Shown here piece by piece: positions 36,001 through 43,466 of a stretch of DNA of 64,000 bases. Below the pieces are notes generated by a model. That model saw only the letters and a program-made list of their open reading frames with translations. It did not search any database and was not told the DNA's origin. Source of the DNA: an uncultured bacterium (GTDB lineage Bacteria > Zixibacteria > MSB-5A5 > JAABVY01 > JAHJOQ01). The stretch is from the NCBI GenBank assembly GCA_965369655.1, contig CBDUQR010000001.1, forward strand, positions 160,001 through 224,000, written 5' to 3'. A program made the position numbers and the translations under genes. Every line of letters starts with the position of its first letter. The first letter of the stretch is position 1.

Positions 36001-36247
36001 CCCGCTCCTCGCAACACTTAGCCAGAACATCGAGAACCCTCGCCACCAAAGTGTCGGAGCTTCCATACTCCGCCTCGGCTCTCTCCAGCAAGTTACCTGC
36101 AAGAGCATACGCTGAATCAAGATCCATCACCTTCTGCAGAGAATCAGCAACATGGATAAGAGCGCTGAGCGTCTGCGCGTGGCTGGTTCCATGCGCTGCG
36201 AACAGAATTAGAATACCCATACAGACTATTCGCGCGATCTGTTTCAT
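33095..36247 (-). CDS. Signal-peptide TPR-CHAT (caspase-like) protease
   Basis: ATG 36247 behind GGAGAGGAG; signal peptide; about ten 42-aa TPR repeats; HLATHG and VLSACESG catalytic His/Cys motifs; WAAFIALGD. Confidence 0.93.
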   Translation of the reverse strand: MKQIARIVCMGILILFAAHGTSHAQTLSALIHVADSLQKVMDLDSAYALAGNLLERAEAEYGSSDTLVARVLDVLAKCCEERAEYVKAESLWRRALSIRRDRLGADHNDIAGILNNLAITMLKQGKFAESDSLLKRALEIRQNVLGPDHPDVAMILTNRAGLCYYLGDYREAEDLYRRSLTINEKAFGTDHIRVAQLLNNLATVTMDRGRYFEAEDLSLRSLAIKEKLLGADNPETAKNASNLADIYVFLGMYSKAEPLYRRALPVIERVYGSEHPSTATVRHNLASLYLKLGKLDEAEPLSRLALRHLENRLGRKHPSVGTAVHNLAIVCMRVGKRSEADSLFRHALAIRREALGETHPDVARTLFILASLQSRESRFDEAESLYNQVLKIWQEILGPEHPAPASCLHNLARLKIYQCRYDEADSLLNLAQGIWEAMYGSEHHLVARALETKSTLLRLEDMYADALDAAMRACVIRRSNFIENSITLSERDALTYAGYLRNSVDNYLSCFMDAGLDNPNSAKAAADIVLACKGQVFDGMFESRKIAALTTDSTSRALTQQIRSVKADISELYVQAASYESEALRLQMDSLNRIADDLEAQLLSRSALFREQQTEISADRIGSLLPDGSALIEYVKYNYRLPESDTSVTHYMAIVIDSERDPVALNLGRASSIDTLISEYRQHMLRLSKLRHMPLQPDRESYAIIARELYHHLVHPVEDYTSDRRMVFISPDGGLNLISFSGLIHDSGDYLIERFSIHYLATGRELIRLKDDAIKGSGLLAIGDPDYDADVYARQHLLDSPAYVSAESDVYAARNLRSGCEYFSDIKLVRLPGTRREVEQIAVNWQANSLEPVTVFLGAEASEDVLKTRASGMRCIHLATHGYYVAGQCESEADADANEGSEPYAGENPLLQSGLFFAGANHYGDGADSAGIDDGVLTAYEVSGMNLYGADMVVLSACESGLGRVQEGEGVYGLRRAFQMAGARTVVSALWSVPDQSAATIMAELYSCTTETLAEKIRRIELERIADLRKNGLADHPYSWAAFIALGDWR

Positions 36248-36294
36248 TGATCTCCTCTCCACGACCCGATGCTCCCACCCGAGAATAATGCAGC

Positions 36295-37239
36295 TTAGAA
36301 CGCTACTGCTGCGACTGCCGAAGCGGCGTACTCAGCACCGATTCTGTACGTAAAGACGATGCACGCCTGGCTGTCGGATTCGGGGTCCAGGACGACAGCG
36401 ACCGAGTCATATTCCATGTCGAGCATCTGCAGGCGTTTCGACGGAAGCGACAGAATCCAGCCTTTGATCTCTCGAGTTGTATCGACAAGGCTTGCCTTGT
36501 GTATCGCAAATGGACTACCGGATTCGTCGACCAGCCTTATCATAACCGACTTGAATCTTCCCTGCGGCGTTTCCGGCTCATCTGACGTGTCGATAGTATA
36601 CTCGCCATCAAGCAACATAATGACTTCCGAGAATGCTGCTTCTGCGGCGAGCAGATGATCGTCGAAAAGAACCTGCACGTCTTTTTCCTCGTCGGGACTT
36701 CGTGTCAGATTCGAGACAAACAGCCCGGCATCCATCTCGGCTACGGTCTCAAGCTTTGCGACCCGCAGGCCATCGATCGTATCCGGTCCGATACGGATAA
36801 ACTGTATGCTGACAAACGCAAGGATAACCACAGCCGCCGCGCCGAATAATGCGACGCGGGGAGCGGCGACAGGTATTAAGAAGCTGTGGATTCGCGACCA
36901 CATAGATATTCTCTCTTTTTGATCCACAGAAGGCTCAGAGAGAACATCCCGGAGCGCAGGAGCTTCCGACACGGGACAATTTACGAAAGCCTGCATAGTC
37001 TCCGGGTCGGTGAGTGACGCCAGATCCTCAGCCATATGAAGAATCTCTCGCCTGAATTCGGCGGACCGGATCAGAGCTTCTTTGACCTCGTCCTTTTGCG
37101 CACCCGTGGCGACACCGAGCAGCCAGGCTTCAATCGAAGCGTCCGATGGCCTCGTGAAATCATCCCGGCTCCGGCTCGCCCTGATCAACCGGCCGAGCTT
37201 CCTGTCTTCACCGGAGCTGTTTTGCTGATTCTCCGACAT
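36295..37239 (-). CDS. Putative single-pass membrane anti-sigma factor, module B
   Basis: N-terminal degenerate ASD-like helices (no Cys ligands), central TM (VALFGAAAVVILAFVSI); lies between the ECF and CHAT genes. Confidence 0.65.
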   Translation of the reverse strand: MSENQQNSSGEDRKLGRLIRASRSRDDFTRPSDASIEAWLLGVATGAQKDEVKEALIRSAEFRREILHMAEDLASLTDPETMQAFVNCPVSEAPALRDVLSEPSVDQKERISMWSRIHSFLIPVAAPRVALFGAAAVVILAFVSIQFIRIGPDTIDGLRVAKLETVAEMDAGLFVSNLTRSPDEEKDVQVLFDDHLLAAEAAFSEVIMLLDGEYTIDTSDEPETPQGRFKSVMIRLVDESGSPFAIHKASLVDTTREIKGWILSLPSKRLQMLDMEYDSVAVVLDPESDSQACIVFTYRIGAEYAASAVAAVAF

Positions 37240-37317
37240 CGATATATCCGCCTCTCATATCCATTCTCAAATCGGTCATGCCGCCGTGGCAGCCTTTATC
37301 TCATCTCTACTCAACAT

Positions 37318-37342
37318 AACGGTTGGTCGAGCGTTTTTCGGA
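37318..37342 (-). promoter_or_regulatory. ECF promoter motif B before anti-sigma/CHAT
   Basis: TCCGAAAA-N13-CGTT. Confidence 0.65.
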
Positions 37343-37380
37343 AATCAGATGACAAAAAACTCGGCATCGCAGGCGATATC

Positions 37381-38004
37381 TCACGATTGCAGTATAGATA
37401 CAAGGTCAATTCCTTCCCCTGCAACGATTTTCTTCAGTTGTTTCCGGCACTGTCTCAGATCATCTGACACCTTCTTATTACTCTCCTCTGGCCATCCGAG
37501 AACCAGTGCCATTTCTCTCGGCGTATATTCATCGGCCGCGAGTTGGAGCAATAGCTGACAATGCTTCCTGAGTCTGGAGACACATTCCTTCACACATTCA
37601 ATAACGCGCTTTAGATTCGTCCTGTCGAGCGGGTCAATGTCGGAATCTGACGCGATCCAGTCGAGATCAGGGCTGTTCATATCTGACTCATATTGCACAG
37701 TCATGCTTTCCCGTTTCTTCGCTCGAAGATAGTCCAGGCATTTGCGATGGGCGAGTATGTAGAGCCATGCGGCAAACGGCTTGCCGCAATCGGAGTATTG
37801 CCGCAGGACTCTGAAATTGTCCCGCGCACAGTGCAGGATTATATCCTGGGTCAGATCCTGCGATTCTGCTCTCGACAGTCGCCGCATGCTGCCGGGGGGC
37901 TTCACCTTCAGCAATCGGCATGTAAACGAGTAGAATTGTCTGAAAGCCTCGTCCGGGCTGCTATACAGTATATCCAGGAACGATGGCCAGGATTGGTTCA
38001 GCAT
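37381..38004 (-). CDS. ECF sigma-70 factor, module B
   Basis: QDLTQDI, FAAWLYILAHRKCLDYLR (region 2), YTPREMA...CRKQL (region 4). Confidence 0.88.
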   Translation of the reverse strand: MLNQSWPSFLDILYSSPDEAFRQFYSFTCRLLKVKPPGSMRRLSRAESQDLTQDIILHCARDNFRVLRQYSDCGKPFAAWLYILAHRKCLDYLRAKKRESMTVQYESDMNSPDLDWIASDSDIDPLDRTNLKRVIECVKECVSRLRKHCQLLLQLAADEYTPREMALVLGWPEESNKKVSDDLRQCRKQLKKIVAGEGIDLVSILQS

Positions 38005-38057
38005 CTCATCGCCAAATTAGTTCTGCGTATTTCCTGACTAATCAGTGGTCGGACTAA

Positions 38058-38086
38058 AGAATATCTCCTGAATCTCCTTATGTCAA
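38058..38086 (-). promoter_or_regulatory. Sigma70-type promoter for the module B sigma gene
   Basis: TTGACA-N17-TATTCT. Confidence 0.65.
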
Positions 38087-38102
38087 CTGATTTGGAGTGT
38101 AG

Positions 38103-38174
38103 TCTTGAGTAGTGACCCGTCCCTCAGGATCGGGATCAGCGACCGATAGCGAAGCGGAGTGGTCCTGCCATCTT
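38103..38174. repeat. GTAG-tagged REP-like element, copy 1
   Basis: tcttgagtag...cagcgaccgatagcgaagcggagtggtcctgccatctt; inverted copy at 50849-50898. Confidence 0.75.
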
Positions 38175-38213
38175 CTGTTCATGGCAGAACCACTTCCGTT
38201 TTTTTCCTGCTAA

Positions 38214-40001
38214 CTAATAGATGAAACAGTCCGGTGGTTCCGGGCCACCTCCGAAGATGTAATTGATCAGGAATACAACGTCATCAATGTCGACACTGCC
38301 GCTGCAATTAGCATCACCATTTAGGAGGCGAGGCTGAGGTTCGGGACCTCCGCCGAACACGTAGTTGATGATATAAGTGACGTCATCCACGTCCATCAAA
38401 CCGTTGTTGTCTGCATCGCCGCGAGTCACTGCCAGCAACGCCCGATCAGCATTCACACGCCCCCAGCCTACGTAGTTGTTGACGCGGAGCGTATCGGTTC
38501 CACCATATTGCTCGCGATCTGCTGACAGCCGAATGATCCGCCTGACCCTGTCCGGGTCGCCGATCAGGTCCGGCCTCCTCAGCATCAACAGTATGCATAT
38601 TCCCGACACCTGCGGGCAGGCCGCCGAGGTACCACCGAAGTTGCAGAGGTAGTCTGCGTCCTGCGTCAGGCAGTCCATAGAACCATCGTTTTTCCCCAAC
38701 ACTCCCATCTGGTCAAGGCTCCAGAAATGACCGTTCCAGTTGACATTTGCACCGGGAGCGACGACATCGAGCAGGGGACCATACTGGCTGTAGTACCATC
38801 TCTGGTCAGTGCTGTCCGTCGCACCGACCGAAATCGTGTGAGCATGACAAGCCGGATAGCCGATGGTTGAGTAGCCTGCATTACCTGAGGCAAATACCGT
38901 TACGACTCCAAGATCGTGGGCGCGATTGAGAGCAGAGTCGATTGCTGTGGAAGGCGTTTGAGCTGCTCTCCCCCAACTGTTGGATATTGCCACAGCACCG
39001 GAATCGATAGCGTTGCTCAGAGCTCGACCAATGTCTGACTCGCTTGCAACTGCCCAATGGTGGAATATCTTCTGGTTCAGAACTCGGACGTTGAATCCAG
39101 TTATGCTTGCCAGACCTGTACCATTATTCGTGTTGGCGCAGATTATCCCGGCGGTCGCCATGCCGTGAGCATCAGTTTCCCACGGGGATTCATCGTCCTC
39201 ATCGCTCACGTAGTTCCAGCCATCCGCGAGTCGTCCGGCTGGTAAATCAGCATGTGGGGCAAACCCGTCATCGACTACCGCAACAAGTATCGGTGTTGTC
39301 GGCATGTAGTAATCTCTGGCAAGGTCGAGATCAATGTCGGCATCAGGAGTACCTCCCGTCTGACCGGTATTCTTGAAATGCCACTGGTACTCCCAGTACT
39401 CGTCGTTCGGATCTGAGAAGCGTTCAAACGGTAATATGAAACTCGCGCGTGCAAGCTTAGCGACGCCAAGCTCATAAATGTCGTTTCCGATCGTCAGCAC
39501 ATCCGCAGGAGAGTCCTCTGTTACCTCCAGCGCCTGAAACCGGAAATCACCAAACAGAGTGTCGACAAGAACAAGGTTGTACATGTCGATTATGTTGTAA
39601 ATCGCAGTTCGCGACGTCTCTGCTCTGAATATGACAACCAGACTTCTTGTCAGGTAGATTTCCTGCTCAGTCTCATCGATGAAAGCCGCGTTGGCATAGA
39701 GAATGTCATCTCGGTCCCTTAGCCTGTTGAGCAGGCTGTCGATGTCGTAGCCTTCGTTGACAGTGAGAACGTGAAAGTGACTGGCAATCGGCTCGGGATC
39801 GGCTGTCTCATCCAATGCCTGGTCCGATTCCGTGATGTTCTGCCATGTTGTAAACTGAGCAGGGTCGACCTGCACGGTAACGGCAGTTTCAGAAACATCG
39901 AAGTCAACCCGACCGTCGGGTTCATACCAGAAATAATCCGCTCCATGCGCTGTCATAAAACTGGCAGCTATGAGCGCCAAAATAAGTATTAGCTTTTTCA
40001 T
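38214..40001 (-). CDS. Secreted subtilisin-like S8 peptidase with C-terminal dockerin
   Basis: Signal peptide; VAVVDDG, HGMATAG, GTSAACP triad; paired GDAD/GDAN...DIDDV repeats. Confidence 0.93.
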   Translation of the reverse strand: MKKLILILALIAASFMTAHGADYFWYEPDGRVDFDVSETAVTVQVDPAQFTTWQNITESDQALDETADPEPIASHFHVLTVNEGYDIDSLLNRLRDRDDILYANAAFIDETEQEIYLTRSLVVIFRAETSRTAIYNIIDMYNLVLVDTLFGDFRFQALEVTEDSPADVLTIGNDIYELGVAKLARASFILPFERFSDPNDEYWEYQWHFKNTGQTGGTPDADIDLDLARDYYMPTTPILVAVVDDGFAPHADLPAGRLADGWNYVSDEDDESPWETDAHGMATAGIICANTNNGTGLASITGFNVRVLNQKIFHHWAVASESDIGRALSNAIDSGAVAISNSWGRAAQTPSTAIDSALNRAHDLGVVTVFASGNAGYSTIGYPACHAHTISVGATDSTDQRWYYSQYGPLLDVVAPGANVNWNGHFWSLDQMGVLGKNDGSMDCLTQDADYLCNFGGTSAACPQVSGICILLMLRRPDLIGDPDRVRRIIRLSADREQYGGTDTLRVNNYVGWGRVNADRALLAVTRGDADNNGLMDVDDVTYIINYVFGGGPEPQPRLLNGDANCSGSVDIDDVVFLINYIFGGGPEPPDCFIY

Positions 40002-40004
40002 TTT

Positions 40005-41156
40005 CTATTTCTCCTTTTCCCAGTCAATTGGGATTAGTGCCATTGCTCGGGTATTCCCGAAGTCATTGTGTTTGAAATCGCGAACGATCTGCTTTGTCGC
40101 CATGTCTATCACATGTACCGGCCATGTCCCGAATCCCCAACCATTCAAAACAGCCATCTGTTTGCCGTTGGGTGTAAAGGCAAGGTATCGCGGCATAAAC
40201 CAGGGTGCTCCAAGGTTGTAGTAATCTGCATTAACGAAAGATTCGAAGATACCGGTTGTCAGGTCGTAAACGTCAATTCCACCCATCTCAGGGTTATCAA
40301 ACCCACCGTTCCACGGCATGAACAGGCGTTTCCCGTCCGGATGCCAGATGTACTGTCCGTACGATTGCCATGGGGCTAACCTCAACTCAAACTCGACGCT
40401 GTAATCAGTCGTATTGAGAATCTGGAAGAAAAGCACGCCCGGTCCCTTAATTCCCAGCACGACCAGCGAATCCCCGGAGGGGACAAATGACATGACACCG
40501 GGGACAAGCGGGTCGCCTGCCAGGTTTGTAAGTGGGATTGCAGATATCAGTTCAAGGCTGTCAGATTCGAAGGAGTACACGTACAGACTGTCCTTATGTG
40601 ATTTGGCAACTACCACAACTTTCTTACGTGGATGAAAGGTCATGTTTTCGGAGTGGAATGAGCCATCATTTTCCTCGAAAACCGGGGTCAGTTCCGGAAC
40701 CTTGTAGATAGCTGTGCGGGTTGTTAGGGAAGTGGCAATATACTGACCATCCGCAGAAATCGCCATTTGGATACCGCCATGCTCAGGATCGAATGCGAGT
40801 GTGTCTCCAGTACGGGTATCTGTCACCCATGTTGAGGGCTGTGAGTGCTCACAATTTATTACTGATCTCCGGGTGTAGTATGAGTACTTCCCGTCAGGTG
40901 AAAAAGTCACAGCGTCGAACGGATAGCAGGAGTAGCAAGTCGAATCAATCAGCAGCCCGCTCTTAAGGCTGTAAGTCGTGACAACATAGTCGACCGGCTC
41001 GTAGTTCGGCCGGACATAACTGTACAACAGGTGATAATCCGGCTCGCTCGGACACTCCGGACAAACCGGGCAGTCGTCATCGCCGCAGGAAAGCAGCAGG
41101 GCAAATGCCGATGCCGCGACGAGCATAATAACGATTAGATTAGTTTTGTAGTTCAT
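40005..41156 (-). CDS. Lipoprotein, beta-propeller (YncE-like)
   Basis: LLLSC lipobox; repeated FSPDGK/ISADGQ/WHPDGK/FTPNGK blades. Confidence 0.82.
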   Translation of the reverse strand: MNYKTNLIVIMLVAASAFALLLSCGDDDCPVCPECPSEPDYHLLYSYVRPNYEPVDYVVTTYSLKSGLLIDSTCYSCYPFDAVTFSPDGKYSYYTRRSVINCEHSQPSTWVTDTRTGDTLAFDPEHGGIQMAISADGQYIATSLTTRTAIYKVPELTPVFEENDGSFHSENMTFHPRKKVVVVAKSHKDSLYVYSFESDSLELISAIPLTNLAGDPLVPGVMSFVPSGDSLVVLGIKGPGVLFFQILNTTDYSVEFELRLAPWQSYGQYIWHPDGKRLFMPWNGGFDNPEMGGIDVYDLTTGIFESFVNADYYNLGAPWFMPRYLAFTPNGKQMAVLNGWGFGTWPVHVIDMATKQIVRDFKHNDFGNTRAMALIPIDWEKEK

Positions 41157-41510
41157 GTTCCTCCTTTTGTGGCGAACGTGTCAGGTCACACTCGCGCTCC
41201 GCGCGATCAAGACCCGACACAACGCAAAATGCTGTCGAATGATAATACAGATGCGCGGACACGCGCAATAGATTATGCATAAGCCACCTCCGTTCCCGAG
41301 CCGATAGTATCCACCGACTCAATCTCACCACCGGTGCAATTCGACATTCCCTTTCATCATTGGCGACACTGGTACAGTTGTATGGTAACGCACACAGGAG
41401 CGTTTTGTCAATGGTGATTTGAGCATTGGGAGTCTTCTTGACAATCGACCAGTCAATCATACCTTTATGTAGTGCCCTTAAGAATGTGCAACGACGCGCG
41501 CCGACAGGAT

Positions 41511-42578
41511 ATGGACAACAAATCCGAGATCATCAGGGGTTTTCTGAAAGCTCCGTTGAATCGCGATAGATTCGATGAATTCTATGCTCTGATCTACCGT
41601 CACACGGTCGGATATCTCAGCTATCTGAGACGAACAGGATACACGCTTCCAGCCGAGACCGGCGGCAGAGATAATCAGCTCTCCGATCTCGCGATAGATA
41701 TACTCGGAACACTGCTCCGGTGCGATTCGACGCGACCGTTTTATCTGATATTCGATTGTTTCGACAGGCACGGTATCACGGACTTCGATCGTGCCGCACC
41801 GGATGATCTATACTCCTGCCTGATCTCATTGCTACATGGGCATATACATCAGGAACTCAGCAAGCTGCTGAAAGCAACAAACCCTCAGATAGACAATCTG
41901 AAGCGGAGATTCAAAGATATCCTGAAAGGGAAGAATTATGGCTCTCTGAATACGGCGTCTGATACGTCGGAATGCGTGTATCTGCTGAAATATGAGGATG
42001 CACTTAGGGAGAATATGGTGTCATCGTCGGGCGATTTCCTGCTCTGGATAGCCGAGGATGCCTATCTCCAGAGCAACACGAGAAAAGCCTGGTGCAACAT
42101 GATTTTCGAGATGATAAACGAACAGACAGATCATCAGAATTTCACTCGGAAGCATGAACTTCTGGGCACAGTCGTATCAATCAACAGCCGCCAGATGGAA
42201 ATCGATACTATCCCGATGTACAGGCCTCGGAGTCCGATGCAGGAGTCGCTTCACCGCGAAGCGCAGAAATGCAAATCCGTGACGCTCGAATGGGCAAAGA
42301 ATGAAATCCTGAGCCATTTCGTCGAGAAAGGGAATATCAACAAGAGCGATGCCGTCGGACTGATGGCTGCGCTTGAAAAATATCTGAACGATTTCTGCGA
42401 GCATGGCGACACAGACCCGCTTCCGCGATATTTCAGGGAATGTATGCCTGATGAGACTCACAGGATGTATCTCAGCCACTACAAGTACATTTTCGAGACG
42501 CTTGCGGACAAATCGCTCGAATACCTGAAAGTTATTCTGAGAAAAAGAGCTACAGTTTTGGGTCTTGGAGACTATTAG
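41511..42578 (+). CDS. Atypical sigma-factor-like protein, module C (355 aa)
   Basis: RFDEFYALIYR...LSDLAIDIL resembles sigma region 2; precedes a ZAS protein; its 3' end overlaps a repeated promoter-like motif. The family call is weak; the ORF itself is solid. Confidence 0.55.
   Translation: MDNKSEIIRGFLKAPLNRDRFDEFYALIYRHTVGYLSYLRRTGYTLPAETGGRDNQLSDLAIDILGTLLRCDSTRPFYLIFDCFDRHGITDFDRAAPDDLYSCLISLLHGHIHQELSKLLKATNPQIDNLKRRFKDILKGKNYGSLNTASDTSECVYLLKYEDALRENMVSSSGDFLLWIAEDAYLQSNTRKAWCNMIFEMINEQTDHQNFTRKHELLGTVVSINSRQMEIDTIPMYRPRSPMQESLHREAQKCKSVTLEWAKNEILSHFVEKGNINKSDAVGLMAALEKYLNDFCEHGDTDPLPRYFRECMPDETHRMYLSHYKYIFETLADKSLEYLKVILRKRATVLGLGDY
42550..42577 (+). promoter_or_regulatory. Promoter-like motif C before the ZAS and Lon genes
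   Basis: CTACAGtTTTgggtCTTGGaGaCTATTA, 21/28 identical to 45852-45879. Confidence 0.65.
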
Positions 42579-42607
42579 TACAATGAACGGACACAGGAGG
42601 GTGGATA

Positions 42608-43462
42608 TTGCATCCGTCTAAAGCAGAACTGAGGCTGTTTGTCGAGAACGCCATGCAGGATGCCGCCGCGCGCGCGCGTATCTCTGAGCACATAGGGAAC
42701 TGCGAATTCTGCTCGGAATTCTGTGAGGAGTACACGTTATATCTCGTCTCTATCGAGGACACGGATAGATTAGATCTCTCACAGGCAGCTTTCAATGCCG
42801 CTGATGATATATTCAGGCACGCTCTGCGAGGGGTGATTATTGATATGCAACCTCTCGCAGGCGATATCGATACGCCTCTCAGGCTTGCAGCCGATGGCAA
42901 GGAGGAATTCCGGCCCGAGATTGTTAATCTCGCAACGCTCTGCTCCGAACAACCCGAAGCTATTCTCCGCGTCATGCGCGACAGCGGTCGTGGCATCGAC
43001 TATGTGCAGTTGATCTCCGACGACCCGGAGTTGTCCCAGAACGTGATGATACGGATACCGGAGATCGGATGGGAGTCGCTCACCGATGATGAAGGCAAAG
43101 CGATCATCGAAAAACAGATCGGCGATGACATATCAAACCTCAAGTGGCAGATTAAACTGCCGGATGCCGTATTCTCGATGAAGCCGCTCGAGTATGATCC
43201 TGACGAGACCAGATGCTCAGGCGAAACCGAACTGACTACGGCCGACTCCGACAGGATTCATGTCGAGCTTCAAAGTAAGACCGAAGGCAAACAGATCGTA
43301 ATCAAAATTCTCGAACTAGACGGCAAGAAAGATTTCGGCGATGTCCGGGTCGCCATATCGCAGGGCGGTGTCACAACTACATCGTCAACGTCCGGAAACA
43401 AGACAATCTCGTTCGATTTGACCGACACAGAGAGTGTCATAAACATCAGGATATTCCAGTAA
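42608..43462 (+). CDS. Soluble ZAS-type anti-sigma-like protein, module C
   Basis: HP..ELRLF..HIGNCEFC (HxxxCxxC); no TM helix; TTG behind AGGAGG. Confidence 0.72.
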   Translation: MHPSKAELRLFVENAMQDAAARARISEHIGNCEFCSEFCEEYTLYLVSIEDTDRLDLSQAAFNAADDIFRHALRGVIIDMQPLAGDIDTPLRLAADGKEEFRPEIVNLATLCSEQPEAILRVMRDSGRGIDYVQLISDDPELSQNVMIRIPEIGWESLTDDEGKAIIEKQIGDDISNLKWQIKLPDAVFSMKPLEYDPDETRCSGETELTTADSDRIHVELQSKTEGKQIVIKILELDGKKDFGDVRVAISQGGVTTTSSTSGNKTISFDLTDTESVINIRIFQ

Positions 43463-43466
43463 CACA

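Noticed and set aside
34900-36050. 126-bp periodicity
   Set aside because: Protein-level 42-aa TPR repeats of the CHAT gene, not an array.
41157-41470. Motif B or C upstream of the lipoprotein/S8 operon
   Set aside because: Neither found; only sigma70-like TTGACA boxes and a generic GGAAC, so this operon cannot be assigned to either module.
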